Source of the DNA: an uncultured delta proteobacterium
GTDB taxonomy: Bacteria; Myxococcota_A; Polyangia; Fen-1088
Direction: 5' to 3'
NCBI GenBank assembly: GCA_963737265.1
Contig: CAVTRY010000013.1
Location: 224,001-288,000 of the forward strand
DNA: 64,000 bases
The notes below the pieces were generated by a model. That model had not been told where the DNA came from, did no database searches, and saw nothing but the letters and a program-made list of their open reading frames with translations. The translations under genes and the position numbers were made by a program. Positions 11,692-20,583 of the stretch are shown piece after piece; the first letter of the stretch is position 1; the number at the start of each line of letters is the position of its first letter.

Positions 11692-12089
11692 GTTCAGCCC
11701 CGAGCTTGCTGTGGACTGGCACTAGATGCCTGCCAACTCCCAAGTCTCGGGTCGGGCAGGACGTCAGGTGGATAGTCGGTACAAGCGCCATTTTCTTTTC
11801 ACTGAATCGTATCTGTTAGGAAGACCACCCGCGGCGGCTACCAGTTCAGCACGAACCCGGCGCCGTATATCCTGTGTGCGAAAACGTTTTGTGCGACGGT
11901 CACGGTTCCGACGGGCCTGGTCGAATTCTCCGCGATCGACGCCACCTCCGGCCTGACCTGGGACGCGCCCAATGCGGTGCCACCCGCGCAGAGCATCGGC
12001 CCGTGCACGTTCGGCAATTAGCGCCACACTCGGATCTCCTCGGCGGAGCCCGGTAAGCGATCGTCCCAGCAAAGGGCTATGCTAGGTCC

Positions 12090-12861
12090 ATGCTCTTCAG
12101 CGATACGCGCGCGCTTTCGCGGTTCGGGTGCAGCATGCTGGCTGCGGCGCTCGGGGTGAGCCTGCTCGTCTCGATCGGATGCAACGGCGGATCCGCCAGC
12201 ACCGCCGTCGGCGACGGAGCCTCCCCCGATCCGGGCTCGTGCAATCCCGATCCGCTGCGCACGAATCTTGCCCCCTTGTGGAATGGTCTCTCGGTGGACA
12301 TCGACGACTGTCCCATCCTCGCGTCCACGGCCAAGTACAGCGAGCCCGACGCCATGATCTTCAAGGCGATCATCTACGTCGAGTCGCGCTTCCAGTACGA
12401 CGCCGTCGGGTGCACCGGCAACGGGCCGTGCTGTCCGGCGCGCGGCTGGACCGCGTCCGAGTGTGCCTGCCTCGGCGCCATGCAGACCGGGCCTTGGTGT
12501 GATTCGTCGAACCTGCCCGCTGGGTGCACGGCGAGCGGGATCGGCTTGCTCCCGACCGGGCACGTGGACATGGAGACGAACCCCAGCGCCGCGAGCTGGG
12601 CCAACTCGGTCTTCAACCCCGTCATCAGCATCGAGCTCGGCATCGCCGGCATCGCCTGCAACCGCGCCCAGGCCAAGGCGCAATTCCGGGGCTGCACCGA
12701 GGATCAAGTACACGATGATGGCCATCGGCAACTTCAACTCCTACGGCAGCACACAGAGCTGCACGGTCTACAACTTCGCCTACGACGCCGCGGTGGTCGA
12801 TGCGTACAAGTCTTACTCGACCGCCGCTAGCTGGCCGGCCCACCCTTACGTGACTCAATGA
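12090..12861 (+). CDS. Cys-rich lipoprotein with lysozyme-like/SLT motifs (apparent +1 frameshift near 12708)
   Basis: Lipobox-like SIGC; FKAIIYVESRF (catalytic Glu-Ser) and LGAMQ motifs, VFNP..SIELG; continuation AIGNFNSYG in the second frame. Confidence 0.5.
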
Positions 12862-12879
12862 CGGTCGTGCGCAACGCGC

Positions 12880-13530
12880 GAGCTTGAACGTCGTCGTCGT
12901 GCGCTAACCGATCCCATCTGGAGCGCCCGCTGCTCGCCCGTGTCTTGGCTGGGACCGAAGCGCTTCCACGCGCCGCCTGTACCGCTCGAAGCGCTTCCCG
13001 CCATCGATGCCGTGGTCATCTCGCACGACCATTTCGACCACCTGGACATGGTCACGGTCCAGGCGCTGGCTGCCCGAGGCGCGCACTTCGCGGTTCCGCT
13101 CGGCGTTGGGGCACACCTTGAAGCGTGGGGAATTCTGCCCGCCAAAATCTCGGAGCTCGACTGGAACGAGAGTGCGGACGTCGCCGGCTTGCGTTTGACG
13201 GCCACGCCCGCGCGCCACTAATCAGGACGCAACCCTCTGCGCAAGGACAATACGCTTTGGGCTTCTTGGGTCGTGCAGGGACCACGACACAACTTCTTCG
13301 ACGGGTTCAAGACCATCGGCAGGAACTACGGACCCTTCGATCTGGCCTTGATCAAAATTGGCGCCTGCGATGTCACCTGGCCCGATATCCACATCACGCC
13401 AGAAGAGGCCGTGCAAGTGTTTCTGGATGTGCGTGGCAAGCTACTGCTACCCGTGCACTGGGGCACGTTCAATCTCGCGTTTCACGCCTGGAACGATCCG
13501 GCCGAGCGCGTCCTGGCCGCCGCGCAGACT
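12880..13530 (+). pseudogene. MBL-fold metallohydrolase (NAPE-PLD/RomA-like) remnant
   Basis: LTDPIWS..CSP, ISHDHFDHLD, TPARH then in-frame TAA (13219-13221), LWASWV, IHITPEEAV, PVHWGTFNLA. N-terminus and the SGDTGY segment are missing. Confidence 0.8.
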
Positions 13531-13714
13531 TGTCACTCCATCGCTGACCGAGAATTCCGGGCCACCACCCGCCGTGGACGCCTGGTGGCGCTGACAACAA
13601 GCCCCCTTACAACCACGGCGTGCTGGATGAAGGCGTTCTCTTCATCCTGCAACAAATTCCGGCCGCGCACGTCTCCCTTAGTATGATAGGGCACCCTATG
13701 AAAACGATTCCGCA

Positions 13715-14629
13715 ATGAGAAGCAGCATCGAGGTGGAGAATTTCAGCAAGCTCTACGGCGAATTCCGGGCCGTCGACGACATCTCCTTCAGCGTGGAAGA
13801 AGGATCCATCTTCGCCTTCCTGGGCCCCAACGGGGCGGGAAAAAGCACCACCATCACCACCCTCTGCACCATCCAGCACAAGACGCGCGGGACGTTGCGG
13901 ATCAACGGGAACGACGTGACCACGGAGCAGGCGAAGGTCCGCAAGGACATCGGGATCGTGTTCCAGGAGTGCACGCTGGATTCCAAGCTCACGGTGCGCG
14001 AGAACTTGAAGCTCCATTGCGACTTCTACGCCGTGCCCAAATCGGAGATCAAGGACAGGATCCAGTTCGTGCTGGGGCTCGTGGACATCGAGGAGTGGCG
14101 GAACGCGCCGGTCGGCGCCCTGTCCGGGGGCCTGAAGCGGCGCGCGGAAATCGCACGGGGATTGGTCCACTTCCCCAAGGTCCTGTTCCTGGACGAGCCC
14201 ACCACGGGTCTCGACCCCCAGACCCGCGCCAATGTCTGGGACTACATCAAGAAACTCCAGAAGCAGAAGAACATCACCATCTTCCTCACGACCCACTATC
14301 TGGAAGAGGCGGAGATCTGCGACCAGGTGGCCATCATCGACCATGGGAAGATCGTGGCGCACGACACTCCGTACAATCTCAAGAAGCAGCACACCCGGAC
14401 CACGACCAGGATCAAGACCTCCGACCCGGAGCCCCTGCTCCGGTATTGCGCCGAGAAGTCGCTCCCCGTCGCCAGGGAGAGCGAGGGGATTTCGATCACG
14501 TCGACGGACATCGGCGCGGTGATGGACCTCGTTGCCATCTTCAAGGATTCCATCCAGGACCTCGAAATCAACAAGGGAAAGCTCGACGACGTCTTCATTT
14601 CCCTGACCGGCAAGGAGATCCGAAACTGA
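13715..14629 (+). CDS. ABC-2 exporter ATP-binding subunit (DrrA-like)
   Basis: Walker A GPNGAGKST, LSGG, FLDEPTTGLDP, TTHYLEEAE. Confidence 0.92.
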   Translation: MRSSIEVENFSKLYGEFRAVDDISFSVEEGSIFAFLGPNGAGKSTTITTLCTIQHKTRGTLRINGNDVTTEQAKVRKDIGIVFQECTLDSKLTVRENLKLHCDFYAVPKSEIKDRIQFVLGLVDIEEWRNAPVGALSGGLKRRAEIARGLVHFPKVLFLDEPTTGLDPQTRANVWDYIKKLQKQKNITIFLTTHYLEEAEICDQVAIIDHGKIVAHDTPYNLKKQHTRTTTRIKTSDPEPLLRYCAEKSLPVARESEGISITSTDIGAVMDLVAIFKDSIQDLEINKGKLDDVFISLTGKEIRN

Positions 14630-15459
14630 TGCGCGCTATTCGAGCGATCCTGGCGAGGAACCTGATCAAGTTCTTTCGCGACAAGATGCGGTTTTTCTTT
14701 ACGCTGTTCATGAGTGGGTTCCTGCTTTTCGCCTTCTCGTTCGTGATGAAGTCGGCCGTCGCTGGTGTGGCGCACCCCATGAGCTACCTGGTCTCGGGCA
14801 TCATCATCATGACCGTGTTCCAGACGGCGCTGAACAATTCCATGAGCATCCTGGAGGACATCTCCACCGGCTTTATGAAGGAGATCCTGGTGGCACCCAT
14901 CGCCAGGTGGCAGATCGCCGTCGGACAGGTCCTGTCTTCCGCGGTCCTGGCGGTCCTACAAGGCATCATCGTCCTGGTGGTGGGGGTCTTCATGGGCCTC
15001 AACCTGGATCTGGTTCACTTCGTCCTGATGGTGTGCCTCATGCTGCTGGTGGGGGTTACCTTCAGTTCCCTGGGACTCTTCCTCGCGGCGCTGTCCAAGG
15101 AATCCACCACATTCCAGATCATGATCTCGGTCGTGACCATGCCTCTCACGTTCCTGTCGGGCGCCTACATTCCCACCACGGTGCTCCCCGCCGTGCTGCG
15201 ACCGATCGTCTACTTGAATCCCCTGACCTACGCCACCTCCATGTTCCGCTACACCGCGCTTCACCTGGAATCCATGACCACGCCTGAGTTGGTCAAGGCG
15301 GGCGTGGCTTTCGACATCCACGGGTTCGTGGTGCAGCCCTACGGCGGGGTGCTGATCACCCTGGCCATCGGCGCGACGTTCTTCGGCCTTTGCGTAAACC
15401 AGTTCCGCAAGGCCGACTTCTCGCGCGTCACCGTGTTCAAGCGAGGACAGCACCGGTAG
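14629..15459 (+). CDS. ABC-2 exporter permease
   Basis: About 6 hydrophobic segments, GFMKEILVAP, FLSGAYIP, NPLTY; TGATG coupling to the ATPase. Confidence 0.88.
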   Translation: MRAIRAILARNLIKFFRDKMRFFFTLFMSGFLLFAFSFVMKSAVAGVAHPMSYLVSGIIIMTVFQTALNNSMSILEDISTGFMKEILVAPIARWQIAVGQVLSSAVLAVLQGIIVLVVGVFMGLNLDLVHFVLMVCLMLLVGVTFSSLGLFLAALSKESTTFQIMISVVTMPLTFLSGAYIPTTVLPAVLRPIVYLNPLTYATSMFRYTALHLESMTTPELVKAGVAFDIHGFVVQPYGGVLITLAIGATFFGLCVNQFRKADFSRVTVFKRGQHR

Positions 15460-15927
15460 TGATGGCGCGTGCGGCCGCGCATCGCCTGACCATCCGTGGT
15501 GATCCCCGACCGAGGGTAGTTTCGTCGTCGCCCTGATCCCCGACCGAGGGTAGTTTGGGTGCCGTGATCCCCGACCGAGGGTTGGTGATCCCCGACCGCG
15601 TCGTGATCCCCGACCGAGGGTAGTTTGGGTGCCGTGATCCCCGACCGAGGGTAGTTTGAGCCGATCCCCGACCGAGGGCAGTTTCGTCGTCGTAGCGTCC
15701 GGAATTCGTCCCGGTGATCCCCGACCGAGGGTAGTTTCGTCGTCGTAGATGATCCCCAGGGTAGGTTCGTCGTCGTAGCGTCCGGAATTCGGACGTACCT
15801 TGTGCCGTTCGGGGGACATCATCGCCCTCCCAAAGTACCCCCGGATGCGGAATCCAACCGAACCGCGCCTCGGCGGAGGGCGGGGAGATGCAGACTAGCT
15901 AGGAGGAGACGGACATCCAGGTTCCGG

Positions 15928-16191
15928 CTACGCCTCGACGAGCAGCACCAGTGTCTCGGCCAGCACCCCATCGTGCGCCATCGCCTCGGCGGCACCTGGC
16001 GTGCTCATCGCGGTCTTGAGAGCATTCATGTCAGGAACCTCCATTAGCACCCCGACGCGAGTCGGATTCTGCGGGTCGACGAATTTACGAATGCCACTGA
16101 CACCGAGGGGACCGAAAAACTTCTCCCGCATGGGCGAGGCGAGCCAATGCTTGGTGTCCTTCACGTGATGACAGCCGATGACGGCGGGCAT
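15928..16191 (-). CDS. Small hypothetical protein (87 aa, possibly dimeric alpha/beta-barrel-like) between repeat copies
   Basis: Good RBS (AGGAGA) and a protein-like sequence, HHVKDTKHWLASPMREKFFGPLGV...AEAMAHDGV. Confidence 0.7.
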   Translation of the reverse strand: MPAVIGCHHVKDTKHWLASPMREKFFGPLGVSGIRKFVDPQNPTRVGVLMEVPDMNALKTAMSTPGAAEAMAHDGVLAETLVLLVEA

Positions 16192-16451
16192 GTTCTATCT
16201 CCTACGCAACGCATCTCCTACGCAACGCACGCGTTGGCGCCGCAGATGTGTTGTGAAAATCAAACCGCTGGTTTGATTCGCTACCTCACCAAAGCCATCC
16301 CCGACCGAGGGTAGTTTCGTCGTCGTTTGATCCCCGACCGAGGGTAGTTTCGTCGTCGTAGCGTCCGGAATTCGGACGTACCTTGTGCTGTTCGGGGGAC
16401 ATCATCGCCCTCCCAAAGTACCCTCGGATGGGGATCTGGGATGGGGAATCT

Positions 16452-16587
16452 GACTCGCGATCTGCCTCGGCCTATCGCGCGCCACGCGCGAGCTTGCCAT
16501 CGCCGGCATCAAGCAGGCGAATCCTGGCCGCATTCTCCCGGACCACGAGCTTCGCGAGAAGCTCGCCGAGCGCCTCTACGGTGCCGG
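16452..16587 (+). pseudogene. Internal fragment of a small helical protein of the kind that accompanies nucleotidyltransferase TA-like genes
   Basis: Translates as LAICLGLSRATRELAIAGIKQANPGRILPDHELREKLAERLYGA; cut at both sides by repeat ends. Confidence 0.4.
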
Positions 16588-16883
16588 TGATCCCGCTGAT
16601 CCCCGACCGAGGGTAGTTTCGTCGTCGTAGCGTCCGGAATTCGGACGTACCTTGTGCTGTTCGGGGGACATCATCGCCCTCCCAAAGTACCCTCGGATGG
16701 GGAATCTGATGGGGAATCTATGGGGAATCTAAAGTACCCTCGGATGGGGAATCTGGATGGGGAATCTAACATCTCGGATGGGGAATCTAACATCATCGCC
16801 CTCCCAAAGTACCCTCGGATGGGGAATCTGGGAATCTAACATCATCGCCCTCCCAAAGTACCCTCGGATGGGGAATCTAGGGA

Positions 16884-17044
16884 CGGCCTGCCCACAGCAC
16901 CTTGGACAACCCTGTGGGTTGCCCACATGCCCACAGCCACAGCAACGACTTTTTGTGTAGAATCAGATCCGGATCACAAAACGTCACGGGGGGCGACATT
17001 TTCACTGAACCGTTGAGGGGTGACATTTTCACTGACCTAAGACA
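16884..17044. mobile_element. Orphan terminus of an IS (IS1202/ISNCY- or IS21-like end)
   Basis: Two tandem GACATTTTCACTGA sites ending in ...AAGACA (5'-TGT on the minus strand), preceded by a CCCACAG/CTGTGGG hairpin region. No transposase adjacent. Confidence 0.5.
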
Positions 17045-17100
17045 CGAAGGTGGCGAGAGGTTGACCTGAGATCCGGCGCGGGCCATCATGGCCTGGCCAC

Positions 17101-17562
17101 ATGCTGGATCTCTACGACGAGTTCGCGGCCCTTATCGGCGCGCTGGAAGCAGCGGGGGCCGAGTACGCCGTGTGTGGCGGACTGGCCATGGCCATCCATG
17201 GTCTCCCCAGGGCAACCATCGACGTCGATCTCGTCGTTCCGCCGAACGCCGCCGAGCGTGTGCTCGCCTGCGCGCGCGACCTCGACTATTCGATTCCCGC
17301 AGACCCCATGAGCTTGGCCGGTGGGGCAGTCGAGATCAGACGCGTGACGAAGATCGATGCGGCTTCCGGCGACCTGCTCAGTCTGGACCTGCTTCTCGTG
17401 ACCCCGGCCATTGAGCGCATCTGGAGGCAAAGAACGCGTGTTCGCTGGGAGCGGGGCGAGCTGTGGGTGGTTTCGCGCCAGGGCCTGGTAAGCCTCAAGC
17501 GCCTGCGCGGTTCGGGTCAGGACCAGGACGACATCAAACGCCTCGAAGGAGACGGAGAATGA
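17101..17562 (+). CDS. Nucleotidyltransferase family protein (DUF6036/AbiEii-like)
   Basis: YAVCGGLAMAIHGLPRATIDVDL and C-terminal LKRLRG.GQDQDDI motifs. Confidence 0.78.
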   Translation: MLDLYDEFAALIGALEAAGAEYAVCGGLAMAIHGLPRATIDVDLVVPPNAAERVLACARDLDYSIPADPMSLAGGAVEIRRVTKIDAASGDLLSLDLLLVTPAIERIWRQRTRVRWERGELWVVSRQGLVSLKRLRGSGQDQDDIKRLEGDGE

Positions 17563-17696
17563 AGGTCGACATGTCGCCTTCTGCCGTCACCGCTCGCCTT
17601 AGACGAGTTTCCCAACTCCGCCGTCTCTGCCTTGCTCTTGGAAAAGCTACGGTTGTGGTCGCTCCGCCCGCGGTGACGCCTCCGACGGGTCAGTAG
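17559..17696 (+). CDS. Small partner protein of the nucleotidyltransferase (45 aa)
   Basis: ATGA overlap; MKVDMSPSAVTARLRRVSQLRRLCLALG. Confidence 0.55.
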   Translation: MKVDMSPSAVTARLRRVSQLRRLCLALGKATVVVAPPAVTPPTGQ

Positions 17697-17989
17697 GCGC
17701 AGCCAGGCACCTACTGTGCTCCAGCGTCGTTCCGCGGCGGCATCGGGAAATAGGTGTTGGTGCGAATGAGACTGCCATCGGTATGAATCGGAACGCTCGG
17801 CAGGCGCCCGTGTACTTTGGTGCGAATGAAGGGCGGCGGGCAACGCTCCTGACCCAGCTCGCCCGACCTCATCACATGGCGATAAGCGACACCGCTGGGT
17901 GACCTTTGGCGGAAAAGAAGGGTAAGCGGCCAACCCTCCTGACCCACCAGGACTTCGCGCTTGACACGTGCGGCTTCCCCAATAACAAT

Positions 17990-18090
17990 CCGACTCGCTG
18001 ATCAGTTCGGCAGCGATGACCTTGAGCTTGGCGTCGCCCATGGCCTGCACGGCGCTGTTGTTGGCAGCCAGGGCGTCGTAGAAGGCGACC
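17990..18090 (-). pseudogene. hsdR: hsdR fragment distal to the IS21 insertion
   Basis: VAFYDALAANNSAVQAMGDAKLKVIAAEL continues the ELGLTDDEVA sequence on the other side of the IS; truncated afterwards. Confidence 0.85.
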
Positions 18091-18202
18091 TGCTGAGCGA
18101 CAATTACATCTCCCCAAAGACGACAGCTACGTCGCCCCGCTTTGAGGCGCGACGGTGACCGTGAGGTAGACCTCCAAGCCCGCAAGCGGGCAGGAGGCAC
18201 CT

Positions 18203-19702
18203 TTGAAGCCGGTCACCGACGCCCAAGTGAGGCGTTTGATGGAAGAGATGAGCAAGATTGGAAAAGTAGGCCAGGCCGCCATGAAGGCGGGCATGGACCG
18301 GAAGACAGGGCGGCGATACATCGCCGCGGGCAAGCTACCGTCGGAGCTACGGCAGCCGCGGTGGTGGCGGACGCGCCCTGACGCGTTCGCCGAGGACTGG
18401 CCAGCCGTGGCCAAGTTGCTGGAGGAAACGCCTGGGCTGGAGGCTCAGACGGTGCTGGAGCTGCTGGAGGCGAAGCAGCCAGGGCGGTACAACGAGAGCC
18501 ATCTTCGGACAATGCAGCGGCGAATCCGTCGCTGGCGGGCCGAGCATGGTCCTGCGCGTGAGATTTGGTTCACGCAGGCGCATCGGCCCGGTGAAGCCGC
18601 GCAAACCGACTTCACGTCGACGGCGGAGCTTGGTGTGACGATCGTGGGCCAGCTATTTGTGCACCTTTTGTGCGTGACGGTGCTGCCGTACTCGAACTGG
18701 CAATGGGCGACCGCGTGTCTGTCGGAGTCTCTGGCAGCGCTTCGGCGAGGGATCCAGTCGGCGCTGTTCCAGCTTGGGCGGGTGCCGCGATACCACCAAA
18801 CCGACCACTCGACGGCGGCGACACATCAGATCGCTCGCGATGCGGAAGATCGCACTTTCAACGATGAATACAAGGCGGTCATGCGGCACCTCGGAATGGA
18901 GGCACGAACTACAGCCGTCGGGGCCAAGGAACAAAACGGCGATGTGGAGGCCAGCAACGGCGCGCTCAAGCGTCGGCTTGAACAAGCGTTGCTGGTGCGT
19001 GGCAGCCGCGACTTCGCGGACCAAGACGACTACGAACGCTTCGTAGCCAAGGTGGTCCGCAAAGCCAACGCTTCGCGAGGCCCGCGCGTCGCCGAGGAGA
19101 TCGAAGCCATGCGGCCGCTGGTGGTGGAGCGTTTGCCGGAGTACGCAGAAATGACGGCACCTGTGGCGTCGACGAGCACCATCCGGGTCAAGTCGTGCGC
19201 CTACTCGGTGCCGTCGAGGCTGATCGGCGCACGGGTGAGAGTCCGCGTGTTCGAGCACCGAATCGAGGTGTACTACGCCGACAACTTGGAATTGGCCTGC
19301 GACAGGCTGCGAGGCAAGACCGCGCGCATCGACTACCGGCACGTCATCTGGTCTTTGGTGCGCAAGCCGGGCGCGTTTTCTCGCTACGTCTACCGAGAAG
19401 AGCTGTTTCCAAGCGTGACTTTCAGGCGGGCATACGACGCGATCCAGGCGACCAAGCCTGGAATCAAAGGCGACGTTGAATACCTGCGCATTCTTCACCT
19501 GGCCGCCAGCACGATGGAAGCCGATGTCGAGCAAGCGCTCACGACTCTGCTTGCCGATGGGACCATCTTGACGGCGGATGCAACCAAGAAGAGATGCACA
19601 CAGGCGACGGACAGTACCTATCCACCGAGCGTCCCCGCGCTCGAAGCACCGCTGGTCGATCTCGCGTCCTACGACCTGCTCCTCGAACAGGTGGCATCAT
19701 GA
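18203..19702 (+). CDS. istA: IS21 transposase IstA
   Basis: HTH (AAMKAGMDRKTGRRY), QTDF, QTDHST, ENG-like EQNGDVE DDE motifs, YSVPSRLIG. Start codon uncertain. Confidence 0.93.
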   Translation: MKPVTDAQVRRLMEEMSKIGKVGQAAMKAGMDRKTGRRYIAAGKLPSELRQPRWWRTRPDAFAEDWPAVAKLLEETPGLEAQTVLELLEAKQPGRYNESHLRTMQRRIRRWRAEHGPAREIWFTQAHRPGEAAQTDFTSTAELGVTIVGQLFVHLLCVTVLPYSNWQWATACLSESLAALRRGIQSALFQLGRVPRYHQTDHSTAATHQIARDAEDRTFNDEYKAVMRHLGMEARTTAVGAKEQNGDVEASNGALKRRLEQALLVRGSRDFADQDDYERFVAKVVRKANASRGPRVAEEIEAMRPLVVERLPEYAEMTAPVASTSTIRVKSCAYSVPSRLIGARVRVRVFEHRIEVYYADNLELACDRLRGKTARIDYRHVIWSLVRKPGAFSRYVYREELFPSVTFRRAYDAIQATKPGIKGDVEYLRILHLAASTMEADVEQALTTLLADGTILTADATKKRCTQATDSTYPPSVPALEAPLVDLASYDLLLEQVAS

Positions 19703-20547
19703 CCAACGTCTCCGTAGACACGGTCAAGCCGAGCGCGCTCGACGCTCTGCTGGTGCTTCTGCGCGCGCTCAAGCTGCCTGCCTTCACCCGGCACGCCGAG
19801 GAGATCGCGATCAAGGCCAGCCGCGAGGGGTGGACCTTCAGCCAATACCTCCAGCACCTGGCCGAACTGGAAATCGAAGAGCGCCGAACCCGTCGCATCG
19901 ATCGCGCGCTTCGCGATTCGGACCTTCCCACGGAGAAAACCCTGGCCACCCTGGAACGTGGTCGGCTGTCACCCAAGGTGATGAAGCAGATGGCGAGCCT
20001 GTGTGAGGGTGGCTTTGTCGAACGTGGGGAGAACCTGCTCGTCTTCGGACTGCCCGGCCGAGGCAAAAGTCACGTTGTGGCTGCCATCGGCCACGAACTC
20101 ATCCGGCGCGGCTACCGGGTCCTCTTCACGCCGACCTTCGCGCTTGTCCAGAGGCTGCTGGCCGCCAAGCGCGACCTTCGCCTGGAACGAGAACTGGCCG
20201 CGCTCAACATCTATCACGCCGTGATCCTCGACGACATCGGCTACGTCCAGCAGAGCCGCGATGAAATGGAGGTCCTTTTCACCTTCCTGGCCGAGCGGTA
20301 CGAACGCAAGAGCGTCCTCATCACCAGCAACCTGGTCTTCAGCGATTGGATCCGCATTTTCAAGGATCCCATGACCACCGCCGCCGCCATCGACCGACTG
20401 GTCCACCACGCGGTCATCCTTGAGATGACCGGCCCCAGCTACCGCAGCGAAGAAGCACGAAAGAGAGGCGTCACCACCCCAGCGACAACTACGACAACTA
20501 CCGATCAACCAACGACAACTACCCCCGACAACAATGGGGCGATGTAA
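19699..20547 (+). CDS. istB: IS21 helper ATPase IstB
   Basis: GLPGRGKSH Walker A, ILDDIGY, ITSNLVF, AAIDRLVHH; ATGA overlap with istA. Confidence 0.93.
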   Translation: MTNVSVDTVKPSALDALLVLLRALKLPAFTRHAEEIAIKASREGWTFSQYLQHLAELEIEERRTRRIDRALRDSDLPTEKTLATLERGRLSPKVMKQMASLCEGGFVERGENLLVFGLPGRGKSHVVAAIGHELIRRGYRVLFTPTFALVQRLLAAKRDLRLERELAALNIYHAVILDDIGYVQQSRDEMEVLFTFLAERYERKSVLITSNLVFSDWIRIFKDPMTTAAAIDRLVHHAVILEMTGPSYRSEEARKRGVTTPATTTTTTDQPTTTTPDNNGAM

Positions 20548-20583
20548 TTGACGTCACCGGGTGAATGTAGTTGACGTCCAGCA

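Larger units (their letters stand above)
15500..16879. repeat. Array of a ~110-bp inverted-repeat element: 3 near-full copies (about 15750-15854, 16328-16437, 16597-16707) plus about 10 left-end and about 9 right-end partial copies
   Basis: Unit TGATCCCCGACCGAGGGTAGTTT-cgtcgtc-GTAG-CGTCCG-gaatt-CGGACG-tacc...ggggacatcatcgccctccc-AAAGTACCCTCGGATGGGGAATCT. The ends are imperfect ~22-bp inverted repeats. Confidence 0.92.
18091..20583 (+). mobile_element. IS21-family insertion sequence with 6-bp target duplication GCGACC
   Basis: Ends TGCTGAGCGACAATTACAT / ATGTAGTTGACGTCCAGCA with internal reiterated sites; GCGACC at 18085-18090 and 20584-20589; istA-istB inside. Confidence 0.95.

Noticed and set aside
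16197-16230. 16-bp tandem duplication ATCTCCTACGCAACGC upstream of the small gene
   Set aside because: A single local duplication including the RBS; no evidence for a function beyond slippage.
15500-16879. CRISPR array
   Set aside because: Repeats vary in length, intervening sequences are mostly 0-8 bp rather than uniform 25-45-bp spacers, two different (inverted) end motifs are involved, and no cas genes are present.
16760-16880. Integron attC sites (ATCTAAC matches RYYYAAC)
   Set aside because: No matching GTTRRRY box at a suitable distance and no integron integrase in the window.
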